Shown here piece by piece: positions 1-8,185 of a DNA stretch of 51,302 nt; position 1 is the stretch's first letter, and every line of letters begins with the position of its first letter. The position numbers were made by a program, and so were the translations under genes. The notes below the pieces were generated by a model. It had not been told where the DNA came from and did not search any database. It saw nothing but the letters and a program-made list of their open reading frames with translations. The DNA comes from a virus (taxonomy: Duplodnaviria; Caudoviricetes): the IMG/VR virus record IMGVR_UViG_3300032237_000709, positions 1 to 51,302 of that record; one strand, given 5' to 3'.

Positions 1-111
1 ATTACCCTTATTACCGAATACGCTGTACCCGGGCTTTAGATCGGCTACGTTCACTCTGGTTGTTACTACATCCGCTTGGCGGTTTAATTCATTGAATTGT
101 TTTGTTAACAT
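1..111 (-). CDS. hypothetical protein, 5' part only (runs off window)
   Basis: ATG at 111 after motif copy at 133; MLTKQFNELNRQADVVTTRVNVADLKPGYSVFGNKGN is open to base 1. Confidence 0.6.
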   Translation of the reverse strand, partial: MLTKQFNELNRQADVVTTRVNVADLKPGYSVFGNKGN

Positions 112-170
112 ACGTTTATATTTTTGGTTAACGTGAATATACGATTGGTATTGTGCCTAGCCCCGATTAA

Positions 171-278
171 TTAATTGCCCATTATTATTGATAATACCCA
201 GGCCATTGTAATGGCAGTTGATACTACGATTGCTGATCCAATAATTACTACTACTAATGTTAATGCTTTATTTTTCAT
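171..278 (-). CDS. 35-aa single-pass membrane microprotein
   Basis: MKNKALTLVVVIIGSAIVVSTAITMAWVLSIIMGN; fills the space between two motif copies, A-rich leader. Confidence 0.65.
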   Translation of the reverse strand: MKNKALTLVVVIIGSAIVVSTAITMAWVLSIIMGN

Positions 279-309
279 GTTATTATTTTTGGTTGACGTG
301 AATATATGA

Positions 310-326
310 GCGGGGCTATACCCCGC
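310..326 (-). terminator. GC-rich hairpin overlapping promoter motif
   Basis: gcgggg-ctata-ccccgc just after the stop of 333..605; no clear U-tract. Confidence 0.45.
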
Positions 327-332
327 CCCGTT

Positions 333-605
333 TTATTTAACTGGCTGTCCTGTGAATTGCTCCATCAACTGGAGGAATTGAGGTAGACACTCTGCTGCTG
401 TACGTCCTTTGAGCCCATAATAATTTTTAAGGTCACGGAGTTTCACTTGTCGGTTCTGAATCCCCTTACTCATCAGGCTCAGATAATACTTGTGTACGGC
501 GAGCTGATAGCTGAAGTAATTGATCGTACCCTCTGAGGTGCTTACGGTTGGAACGTTTTGTTTTCCTGCTTGTACATTTAGTACTGATTGTTGGAATGGA
601 GTCAT
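333..605 (-). CDS. hypothetical protein
   Basis: 90-aa ORF with motif copy at 627 upstream. Confidence 0.75.
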   Translation of the reverse strand: MTPFQQSVLNVQAGKQNVPTVSTSEGTINYFSYQLAVHKYYLSLMSKGIQNRQVKLRDLKNYYGLKGRTAAECLPQFLQLMEQFTGQPVK

Positions 606-687
606 AATTAATAATTTTTGGTTAATGGGAAAATAACGATGGGACTCTGCCGAGCCCCATCTAATTGGTTTATATGGTATTATTAAC

Positions 688-777
688 CTAGAAATTCGAA
701 GGTAATACTACATACCCCTTTTTAATACTAAATACGTTTGTGTAGATCTTAAACTTTACTAGTCTAATGTACTTCAT
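688..777 (-). CDS. 29-aa microprotein
   Basis: MKYIRLVKFKIYTNVFSIKKGYVVLPSNF downstream of motif copy at 799. Confidence 0.5.
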   Translation of the reverse strand: MKYIRLVKFKIYTNVFSIKKGYVVLPSNF

Positions 778-832
778 AATTATTGATTTTTGATTAATGT
801 GAATGTATGAAATGAATTTTGCCTTACCCTAA

Positions 833-976
833 TTATCTAATCCTACCAGGACCAAATCCATGCTGTGCATTAATAGGACATCCAATACGTCTTGTTGTAC
901 AACTTGTTAATAATACTACTGTTAATACTGTAGCGATCGCTATGTAAATACTAATTCTAAGAATTGATTTTTTCAT
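833..976 (-). CDS. 47-aa predicted lipoprotein
   Basis: MKKSILRISIYIAIATVLTVVLLTSC-TTRRIGCPINAQHGFGPGRIR; lipobox LTSC; motif copy at 998. Confidence 0.7.
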   Translation of the reverse strand: MKKSILRISIYIAIATVLTVVLLTSCTTRRIGCPINAQHGFGPGRIR

Positions 977-1012
977 GTTTTTTATTTTTTGGTTAACGTG
1001 AATGTATAATTA

Positions 1013-1189
1013 CTATTCTGCCCCCTCACGTGCTATTATCATTTCAGCTACTAAATATCCTAATGCTAATAGGAAGTTTAGGAACATAATTAAACACGCT
1101 GCTTCATTCTCTAACCTAAATGAGACGATGAAGTTAAGAATAATAAATCCAATCATCATTAATCTAAATAATAATAATTTTTTATTCAT
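1013..1189 (-). CDS. 58-aa two-TM membrane protein
   Basis: MNKKLLLFRLMMIGFIILNFIVSF...CLIMFLNFLLALGYLVAEMIIAREGAE; motif copy at 1210. Confidence 0.7.
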   Translation of the reverse strand: MNKKLLLFRLMMIGFIILNFIVSFRLENEAACLIMFLNFLLALGYLVAEMIIAREGAE

Positions 1190-1234
1190 AATTTTATTTT
1201 TTTGGTTAATTAAATATACGCGTTGTGTTTTGCC

Positions 1235-1432
1235 TTAACTAATTACTTCAAACTGATCCACCTCCCAGATCATTCCTAACATACGCCCATTATCCCACTT
1301 TACTGTTATAACATCTGCTCCCACATTTAAGACAATACCTTCAGTTCCTGACTCTATGGGGAATGGATCCTCAAACATCTCTATCAGTTTTACTCGTTTG
1401 CCTACTAAATCGTAAATCGATAAATCACTCAT
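1235..1432 (-). CDS. DUF4314-like protein
   Basis: GKRVKLIEMFEDP..GTEGIV..ITVKWDNGRMLG..DQFE pattern; start moved to MSDLS, downstream of motif at 1452. Confidence 0.75.
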   Translation of the reverse strand: MSDLSIYDLVGKRVKLIEMFEDPFPIESGTEGIVLNVGADVITVKWDNGRMLGMIWEVDQFEVIS

Positions 1433-1478
1433 TTTAATTGTTTTGGTTAACATGAATATACAAAACGGATTGTGCCAT

Positions 1479-1509
1479 AAAAAGAGCCCCGATGTAGAAA
1501 CATCAGGGC
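1479..1509 (-). terminator. intrinsic terminator
   Basis: gccc.gatg/catc.gggc stem with A-run (U-tract on minus strand). Confidence 0.6.
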
Positions 1510-1526
1510 GTATTAACCATTAAAAA

Positions 1527-1742
1527 TTAAAAGTATGACCGATTTGAATGATGGGGGTGTTGCTGGTAAAAGGATCCCTTGTGCCCGTATCTGCTTCCAA
1601 ACTTAACCTCCTGTACCCACGTTTGTTCATCTGGACGATTTTCTGGATAGGTGGATCGAAAGGTGGGATCGGAAATCATTTCTCCTTTAGCCGGCTTACC
1701 GTATAATAATGTTATTAGAAAAAATTTGATTTGATTTATCAT
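1527..1742 (-). CDS. hypothetical protein
   Basis: 71-aa ORF with AACCAAAAA leader. Confidence 0.65.
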   Translation of the reverse strand: MINQIKFFLITLLYGKPAKGEMISDPTFRSTYPENRPDEQTWVQEVKFGSRYGHKGSFYQQHPHHSNRSYF

Positions 1743-1770
1743 AATAATAATTTTTGGTTAGTATAATGGT

Positions 1771-1814
1771 AAAAAAAGGACCTCGCCGGAAATACATCTC
1801 TGACGCGAGGCCCT
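1771..1814 (-). terminator. intrinsic terminator
   Basis: cctcgc/gcgagg stem plus A7 run (U-tract on minus) after 1830..2159. Confidence 0.6.
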
Positions 1815-1829
1815 ACATAAAATAGACCA

Positions 1830-2159
1830 TTAAGCAGCTACTGCTGCGGTCTCGGTTTTAATGCCGGTACCTTTTGGGCGACCTGGCTTTATTGCAACTC
1901 CTGCTGCTGCGCGTGCAGCCTGAGCTGTTAAACGGGCTTGACGCTTGCTTTCCGGATTAGCCGGTCTGCCTCGTTCTATAGAACCACCCGCCGCAATACG
2001 TGCATCGCGGGCAGCTAATTTAGCTTGACGAGCTGATGTTCCTACTACAGGACGACCTCGCTTAGCTGCTGCTTTTTCTGTTATTACTGCTGTAACGATT
2101 TCTGCTGTTACTGTCTTTTTCTCCTTTGTAGCTGGAGTAGCTTTAGTTTTTGTACCCAT
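1830..2159 (-). CDS. basic Ala/Lys-rich protein with AT-hook-like motifs
   Basis: KRGRP, ERGRP and KPGRPK motifs; histone-H1-like composition. Confidence 0.75.
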   Translation of the reverse strand: MGTKTKATPATKEKKTVTAEIVTAVITEKAAAKRGRPVVGTSARQAKLAARDARIAAGGSIERGRPANPESKRQARLTAQAARAAAGVAIKPGRPKGTGIKTETAAVAA

Positions 2160-2221
2160 AACCTTAATTTTTGTTTTTTAATTATTAATTGTATAACGTG
2201 AATGTAGTGAAAAAACTGTGC

Positions 2222-2377
2222 CTAAAACACGATGTAATTAATTGCTTCCTCTCCTATACCAACACCATCCTTAGTGATCTCATAATTTGGATCCATACCT
2301 GAAATCATGATGTGGGCGATTAAATCACCTAATGTTGTAAACTCAGCACCGTAATAAGAACAATTTAAACTATACAT
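2222..2377 (-). CDS. 51-aa hypothetical protein
   Basis: MYSLNCSYYGAEF...NYIVF; start directly after motif at 2399; longer track ORF reads through the motif. Confidence 0.7.
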   Translation of the reverse strand: MYSLNCSYYGAEFTTLGDLIAHIMISGMDPNYEITKDGVGIGEEAINYIVF

Positions 2378-2423
2378 AATTTTAATTTTTTGGTTAACGT
2401 GAATGTACAACAATAATTTTGCC

Positions 2424-3062
2424 TTATCCACGTTTCGGTCTACCTCTCTTACCGCCAGACTTAGCCGTACGAACAACAGCCTCACGCGCGCGAGCCTCTT
2501 TGATCGAAGGATCGAGCGGCTTCCGTCCACGCTTTCCACCTGGTGTCTTTGGTGTCTTGGGTGCTGTACTTGTGCTTTTAGGTCGCCCACGCTTACCACC
2601 CGAAACACTTGCTCTACTCGCTTTATCCGCCTCTAACTGCGCTTTAACCGCCGGATCCATTGCTGGACGTCCTCGGCGTCCACCCTCAACCTTGGGTCTG
2701 GAGTTACGCTCAACATCTCTTGCGCGCGCGCGCTCATCCTTCTCTTCCTTCCGCTCCATCAGATCAAGTGCTTGACGGTGCTTAGCAACTGATGGGTGTA
2801 CAATCACTTGGTTCAAATCATAATAACGTCTGCTTCCGCCATCAGCTGATATCTCAAACCCACCATTAGGCATCAGGCTGTACTCACCAGGCTCGTGTCG
2901 CTTGATCAGTTCAAAGTGACCCCCACGCTCGTAAAAAAAAGCGGCTGGTAGTACGCGTGTACCTGGTTTGTGAGCCTCAAGTATCGGATCAATGTCTGTA
3001 TAAAAAGGTATGGTACCAATCTTGTGGCCACCTACAATAAAATCCCGTTCTGCTAATTGCAT
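2424..3062 (-). CDS. protein with C-terminal AT-hook repeats
   Basis: GGRRGRP, GGKRGRPK, GGKRGRKP, GGKRGRPKR; start MQLAERDF after motif at 3085. Confidence 0.75.
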   Translation of the reverse strand: MQLAERDFIVGGHKIGTIPFYTDIDPILEAHKPGTRVLPAAFFYERGGHFELIKRHEPGEYSLMPNGGFEISADGGSRRYYDLNQVIVHPSVAKHRQALDLMERKEEKDERARARDVERNSRPKVEGGRRGRPAMDPAVKAQLEADKASRASVSGGKRGRPKSTSTAPKTPKTPGGKRGRKPLDPSIKEARAREAVVRTAKSGGKRGRPKRG

Positions 3063-3127
3063 ATTAAATATGGTTTTGGTTATCGTGAATATAATGACAC
3101 AACATTGCCTAACAAAAAATATTGGTT

Positions 3128-3152
3128 GGCAAAACAAATCGCGTATATTCAT
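3128..3152 (+). promoter_or_regulatory. only plus-strand copy of the 25-bp promoter motif seen (divergent promoter)
   Basis: ggcaaaacaaatcgcgtatattcat has the same spacing as the minus-strand copies. Confidence 0.7.
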
Positions 3153-3236
3153 GGTTGCGAGTTTGCAGGCGCCTAATGAAACGGGTGAAGAGATCAGAGG
3201 TAGATTCCTTAAGATTTCTTACGCGTGTGCGTATAC

Positions 3237-3281
3237 AAAAAAACCACCACCCCCCATGACGGGGGATGATGGTGTATTTTT
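3237..3281. terminator. probable bidirectional terminator
   Basis: A7 - acca..ccccc/ggggg..tggt - gtattttt. Confidence 0.65.
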
Positions 3282-3305
3282 AACCAAAAAAATGTCTTGA
3301 AGCAG

Positions 3306-3533
3306 TTACGCTGCGTCTATGGGGTTTAGTGGGATGAAGTGCGCTGCGAACTCCTTCTTGGGCGCCGCCTTACCATATCCCTTTCTACTAACTGAGTGTA
3401 TGTAATAAAAATCTCTCCACTCACTCATCATATAATAACGTTGTCCACGGCGTACTCTACTACCCATATTATCAGTAAAACCTCTATAACATTCGTACGT
3501 AACGCCTGGTTGTGCTTTAATTTTTAATTTCAT
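3306..3533 (-). CDS. hypothetical protein
   Basis: 75-aa ORF, motif at 3553. Confidence 0.7.
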   Translation of the reverse strand: MKLKIKAQPGVTYECYRGFTDNMGSRVRRGQRYYMMSEWRDFYYIHSVSRKGYGKAAPKKEFAAHFIPLNPIDAA

Positions 3534-3584
3534 TTTAATTTGTTTTGGTTAATTGAATTTAGTAATAAAACTTTGCCTAACAAA

Positions 3585-3797
3585 CTATTTTTCTAACCAA
3601 TCTTTAATTCTATTTTTACCTCTATCAACTAAAAAAGTCAAAAACATATAAGCAATAACCATAACAAACAAATACCAAATATATTTGAATGGTGGTATTG
3701 CACGCAAAATGTAGGAAACAAGTAATATAACAAATGTTATCCAAAACATTGGTGTGGCAAAAATGTATTCAGGTCCAGATCCGAATAATAAAATCAT
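3585..3797 (-). CDS. two-TM membrane protein
   Basis: two hydrophobic stretches; motif at 3819. Confidence 0.7.
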   Translation of the reverse strand: MILLFGSGPEYIFATPMFWITFVILLVSYILRAIPPFKYIWYLFVMVIAYMFLTFLVDRGKNRIKDWLEK

Positions 3798-4090
3798 AAC
3801 TAATTATTTTTGGTTGACGTAAATATAATAAAAAAACTTTGCCAAAAAACAGTATATACTTTTCGAAACAATTAAATGGAACGGGGTGGGGCGAAGCAAA
3901 AAACCTTTTCACAACTATCCATACCACATACTCACCACTTATTCCACATACATAATTAATCGTATATATGGTCTATATTATAAACCAATTTATATTACAA
4001 ACAAAACCCTGTTTTCCACCCACTACTATAAACACTTTGCATAAAAAAATACGTTATCTGTTGCGTATCAGCGCAAAAAAACGTATGTCT

Positions 4091-4180
4091 TTATTTTTTC
4101 AATTGGCGCATTGTATCTATAATTCCCCACATACAAACGCCGTATAACAAAACTATTGATATTCCAATTACATATTCCAT
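4091..4180 (-). CDS. 29-aa single-TM microprotein
   Basis: MEYVIGISIVLLYGVCMWGIIDTMRQLKK, starts 6 nt after the previous stop. Confidence 0.55.
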   Translation of the reverse strand: MEYVIGISIVLLYGVCMWGIIDTMRQLKK

Positions 4181-4186
4181 ATTATA

Positions 4187-4375
4187 CTATTTCAACAATT
4201 CAGCCAATAAAAAAATAACTAAATTAAACAAAAAACCTATAGCAAATGCTACATTAATAGCATTCATACCATACCTTACCTCTTCATCCTTAAACAACTT
4301 AGGTAACAAAACACCAAATAAACAAAGTGCTATTATAACAATACTATCGATTAAAATTAGATTACTTGTATTCAT
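4187..4375 (-). CDS. two-TM membrane protein
   Basis: start MNTSN after motif at 4396; two hydrophobic segments. Confidence 0.7.
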   Translation of the reverse strand: MNTSNLILIDSIVIIALCLFGVLLPKLFKDEEVRYGMNAINVAFAIGFLFNLVIFLLAELLK

Positions 4376-4423
4376 AACATTTATTTTTATTTGATGTGAA
4401 TATACACACAAAATTGTGCCTAA

Positions 4424-4717
4424 TTAAATTTTATTTTCACCGAATATTTCCCCGTCCTGTGCTTCCATATCCGCTGGATTATTATTATCATTCCATTCAT
4501 CCACAGTGATATCTACTCCCCATTCATCATCCCCCCACACATCATCACTTTCACTCATTTTGGTTAATTCATATTCCTCTATGATTTCCCTACATATACC
4601 AACTAAGCGATCTTTATATCCTTTTTCTCTATCATCTAATCTGTCATTCATTGCACTTAAGCAATCTAATAAATCACGGTATGTGTTTTCGAATCTGCAG
4701 TAAGACATGTTTGCCAT
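4424..4717 (-). CDS. hypothetical phage protein (NMSYCRFENT motif, acidic tail)
   Basis: 97-aa ORF, motif at 4753. Confidence 0.75.
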   Translation of the reverse strand: MANMSYCRFENTYRDLLDCLSAMNDRLDDREKGYKDRLVGICREIIEEYELTKMSESDDVWGDDEWGVDITVDEWNDNNNPADMEAQDGEIFGENKI

Positions 4718-4776
4718 TTTTATGTTTTTTTGGTTAAATAATTTATTATGTAGTGAATGTACGATTATTATTTTGC

Positions 4777-5004
4777 CTACTTCAACACATTATACTTATC
4801 TTCACTAATCATTTTTAGTATCGTTTTAGCATTTTCTTTCACCTTAAAACCACCATTGTTATGACATGTTGTACCTACTACTGTATACATTTCATGTTTT
4901 TCATATTGTTCTTTCTTTTCATATTCATATATGTGACCAATTGAGTCAACATTAATGTAAATTAATTTACCATCGAAGTTACTTGTTAATGCAATAATTT
5001 TCAT
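4777..5004 (-). CDS. hypothetical protein
   Basis: 75 aa; motif at 5026. Confidence 0.7.
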   Translation of the reverse strand: MKIIALTSNFDGKLIYINVDSIGHIYEYEKKEQYEKHEMYTVVGTTCHNNGGFKVKENAKTILKMISEDKYNVLK

Positions 5005-5053
5005 AATTTTATCTTTTTGGTTAATTGGAATGTACGATCATTATTTTGCCATC

Positions 5054-5482
5054 CTAATCTTTTGGTTCATTATCGATAATATCTATAGTTATTATTTCGC
5101 CATCAACAAAACGATTAATACTGAATAATTCTACTTCCACTCCGGTATGTATTAATTCTCCTATTTGTTGATGTATTTCATTTAGTTGATCTTCATTCTC
5201 TAATGCACCACATTGATATGCAACTGAATCATTATATTTTATTCGATATGCCCCGTATGGATTCTTTAATTCCTTTATTTCCATTATTAGGTTATCAAAT
5301 GCGTAATTTTTTGTTCCGTCTTTAGTAATGTATTTACCTTTATCATCCGTCTTATATGTGGCTGAGTAATGATATCCACAATTTTGACAGTTAATATATT
5401 CTTCTCCTGTTTTGTAATAGAAGTCGCAATATGCTTCGTATTTGCAATTTGGACAATCGATGTAGTCAATAACTGATCCCAT
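5054..5482 (-). CDS. zinc-ribbon protein
   Basis: CPNC...CQNC at N-terminus; motif at 5505. Confidence 0.75.
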   Translation of the reverse strand: MGSVIDYIDCPNCKYEAYCDFYYKTGEEYINCQNCGYHYSATYKTDDKGKYITKDGTKNYAFDNLIMEIKELKNPYGAYRIKYNDSVAYQCGALENEDQLNEIHQQIGELIHTGVEVELFSINRFVDGEIITIDIIDNEPKD

Positions 5483-5548
5483 ATGTTTTTATTTTTTGGT
5501 TAATGTGAATTTATAAATTGGATTTTGCCTAATCACAACCAAGTATTG

Positions 5549-5707
5549 TTACCTGGGTATAATATTTGTACTCTCAATTATATCCCCTCGTACATAGCCG
5601 AGCCCTGTTTTCTTGACTTCAACCTGATGTCCTGTTGATGTTTTTTTAATATACTTGGCTGGTATTAACTCAGCACTTTGAATATAAACCAGATTACCTT
5701 TCTTCAT
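5549..5707 (-). CDS. 52-aa hypothetical protein
   Basis: MKKGNLVYIQSAELIPAKYIKK...NIIPR; motif at 5729. Confidence 0.6.
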   Translation of the reverse strand: MKKGNLVYIQSAELIPAKYIKKTSTGHQVEVKKTGLGYVRGDIIESTNIIPR

Positions 5708-5741
5708 AACTATTTATTTTTTGGTTAATTAAATATATGGA

Positions 5742-6044
5742 TTAGATTTTGCCTAGAGCGTCATACATTTCATTCTTGGCTTGTTCTGTTATCGCTTTAC
5801 TCATTCCGCCAATATGAAACTCAATTATTTCGTGTTCGTGTAGTATTTTATATTCTTTCCAATCATATACTGTAAATACATCACCATTATCTGTTTCCAT
5901 TTCCCACTCATAATTAACCTTATCCATACCTGTATTATCAACACATACTGGTTCACCCAATAGCTTTCTTAATGTATGGACTGTAGTACCTACTGTTGTG
6001 TCGTGGAATGATGTACCACCTGTTGATTTGTTTGTTTTACGCAT
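5742..6044 (-). CDS. hypothetical phage protein
   Basis: DKVNYEW..FTVYDWK pattern; motif at 6063. Confidence 0.75.
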   Translation of the reverse strand: MRKTNKSTGGTSFHDTTVGTTVHTLRKLLGEPVCVDNTGMDKVNYEWEMETDNGDVFTVYDWKEYKILHEHEIIEFHIGGMSKAITEQAKNEMYDALGKI

Positions 6045-6077
6045 AACTTATTTTTTGATTAATTCAATGTACAAACA

Positions 6078-6278
6078 TTACTTTGCCTCTTCAATCTCTA
6101 CTGATTCGAGTATTTCTACAGCAACAAATTTACCACCATTCGCTACAATTCCATCGTATATAGCTTTTGCTTTATCCTGATCGAAATCTAAACTGTTAGT
6201 AATAAATTTACCATCAACTTGGGTAAAATAGGTTGTTAAACGATTTGCGTTTATTTCTTTAACGAATTCAATTTTCAT
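6078..6278 (-). CDS. hypothetical protein
   Basis: 66 aa; motif at 6300; ends AK-stop inside next motif. Confidence 0.7.
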   Translation of the reverse strand: MKIEFVKEINANRLTTYFTQVDGKFITNSLDFDQDKAKAIYDGIVANGGKFVAVEILESVEIEEAK

Positions 6279-6314
6279 AATTATTTATTTTTGGTTTAAA
6301 TGAATATACGATTG

Positions 6315-6590
6315 TTACTTTGCCAATGTTACTAAAGCAATTGGTATATTAAGTGAATTACCATATTGTCCTTTAACTGTGGCTCGTTTGCGTCTAATTT
6401 CTGTAATGGTAAATATTATTCCTTGTGTTCTGGCATGATTAACTGTTACTTTGGAGCCGACCTTAATTTGGTCCTTAATATTTTCAATTTTTTCGTTTTG
6501 CCTACCCCTAAGTATACCAACAATCATATTATTCATTGCTCGTAGATCTTCGGTACTCATTGCGTTGTAATCGCTCATTTTTAATTTCAT
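6315..6590 (-). CDS. hypothetical protein (SH3/KOW-like C-terminal half)
   Basis: IKVGSKVTV..ITEIRRKRATV; motif at 6612. Confidence 0.7.
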   Translation of the reverse strand: MKLKMSDYNAMSTEDLRAMNNMIVGILRGRQNEKIENIKDQIKVGSKVTVNHARTQGIIFTITEIRRKRATVKGQYGNSLNIPIALVTLAK

Positions 6591-6617
6591 AACTATTAAT
6601 TTTTGGTTAACGTGAAT

Positions 6618-6869
6618 TTACGACTTGAGTTTTGCCTCCAAGTACATTTCATCAAAATCCATCCATTTACCACCATATTTATAACTATCAACTAATACTA
6701 ATACTTTATCACCTGTTTCTTCCTTAGCAATCATACTAAAACCAAATCCTTCACATATATGTGGTACTCCATATCCTGGTGTTAGTTTAGACCATTCATA
6801 ATATACATCAAAGTCACCATCAAAGCCCATGTTATTTAGTTGACAATACTGTTTACTGAAATCTGCCAT
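6618..6869 (-). CDS. hypothetical protein
   Basis: start MADFSKQY after motif at 6891. Confidence 0.7.
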   Translation of the reverse strand: MADFSKQYCQLNNMGFDGDFDVYYEWSKLTPGYGVPHICEGFGFSMIAKEETGDKVLVLVDSYKYGGKWMDFDEMYLEAKLKS

Positions 6870-6916
6870 ATTATTTTGTTTTTGGTTAGTGGAAATATAC
6901 GTAGGAAGCAGTGCCA

Positions 6917-7234
6917 TTAGGCATCTGCTTTATTGTTATCAATATAATTTTCTAATGCATCTCTAACTGCTGCTTTAATTTTACCTTCATTTAGATCAAT
7001 ACTATCTAATTCAACTTCTCTATAACTCATACTTAATTCATAATCATCTACTATATCTGTTCCTTCACTAGATAATGCTTCTGATATGTCTTCACTTAAT
7101 GTTTTAACCATTTCATCTGATATTTCAAATGAACCTGATTCTTCAATGTCAGTAATCATTTTAATAACTTGTTCTACTGAATAAAATCCAGGTAATTGTT
7201 TTCCTAATAAGTCAATTGTTTCTTGCTTTGTCAT
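6917..7234 (-). CDS. acidic hypothetical protein
   Basis: 105 aa; motif at 7272. Confidence 0.75.
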   Translation of the reverse strand: MTKQETIDLLGKQLPGFYSVEQVIKMITDIEESGSFEISDEMVKTLSEDISEALSSEGTDIVDDYELSMSYREVELDSIDLNEGKIKAAVRDALENYIDNNKADA

Positions 7235-7286
7235 AACGATTTGTTTTTTGGTTTAATTAATTATTTATAACGTGAATGTACGATCA

Positions 7287-7469
7287 TTACTTTGCCTCTT
7301 TTACTTTCTTTACTGTGTAAGAATATTTGTAGTAGTGTCTCTCCCCAGGTGTTAGGTGTTTTCTTCTATTTTTAGCATATTGTTTTGCTTCTTCATGGCT
7401 ATCAAATGTAGCTACTACTTTACCACTATATTCGCTTATGCGACCACCTTTTTGAATTACTTGTGTCAT
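7287..7469 (-). CDS. hypothetical protein
   Basis: 60 aa; motif at 7484. Confidence 0.7.
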   Translation of the reverse strand: MTQVIQKGGRISEYSGKVVATFDSHEEAKQYAKNRRKHLTPGERHYYKYSYTVKKVKEAK

Positions 7470-7498
7470 AACTTATTATTTGTATGAATGTACGAACA

Positions 7499-7789
7499 CT
7501 ATTTTGCCGTCAACATCTCTTTTACCTTAACAAAATAATCTTCTATTTCCTTAACAAAGGTCATTGCTCGATTTTTAGTTTTTGCATATGCAAAGAACTG
7601 ACAGTATTCACTATCGAAATCTATTCCTTTGCAGTTAATTTTTGCTTGAATGAATTCTTCTACTTCATAGGCACCATCAAATTCCTTCATTGTTTCTGAT
7701 TTGAGTAGTTTACCTGTAATGGTGAATTGATCATCCCAGTCATATTTTTCGACTGATAATCCAAGTGGTGATTTGTAAATACTTTGCAT
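7499..7789 (-). CDS. hypothetical protein
   Basis: 96 aa, directly downstream of the tRNA-like RNA. Confidence 0.7.
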   Translation of the reverse strand: MQSIYKSPLGLSVEKYDWDDQFTITGKLLKSETMKEFDGAYEVEEFIQAKINCKGIDFDSEYCQFFAYAKTKNRAMTFVKEIEDYFVKVKEMLTAK

Positions 7790-7804
7790 AACTCTAATTT
7801 TTAG

Positions 7805-7919
7805 TAGTCAGGACAGGACTTGAACCTGTATGAAAGTCGCCCAATGCTCTCTCCGTATTGCCGTTCTTTATTGCGGGGGCTTTCGGCACGGTACGTCTAC
7901 TCTATTTCGCCACCTAACT
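7805..7919 (-). ncRNA. tRNA-Leu-like RNA with non-canonical insert in place of the anticodon/variable arms
   Basis: acceptor AGTTAGG/CCTGACT+A, D-region TGGCGAAATAGAGTAGACGT, T-arm ACAGG-TTCAAGT-CCTGT; 115 nt; motif copy ends 7 nt upstream. Confidence 0.7.
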
Positions 7920-7941
7920 TTATAATGTGAATATACGAATA

Positions 7942-8142
7942 CTACTGTGCCTTCCAATCGCCATCTTCATCCATCCATTCAGACCAATCATTGAGAATGG
8001 CTTCATCTGTTATACCAACATAATCTTCAAATGAACTATAAGCAAGTATGCAATCAATATAGTTGTCAATATAACCAATTGGTATATCACCTTCTGCTGT
8101 TAATACATCTCTAATGCGTTGTTCTATTTGTTCTTGTGTCAT
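7942..8142 (-). CDS. acidic hypothetical protein
   Basis: 66 aa; motif at 8162. Confidence 0.7.
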   Translation of the reverse strand: MTQEQIEQRIRDVLTAEGDIPIGYIDNYIDCILAYSSFEDYVGITDEAILNDWSEWMDEDGDWKAQ

Positions 8143-8185
8143 AATTATTTATTTGTGTGATGTGAATATACAAACACTATTTTGC

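Noticed and set aside
5287-5469. Alternate-frame ORF inside the zinc-ribbon gene
   Set aside because: Fully nested, with no leader or motif support
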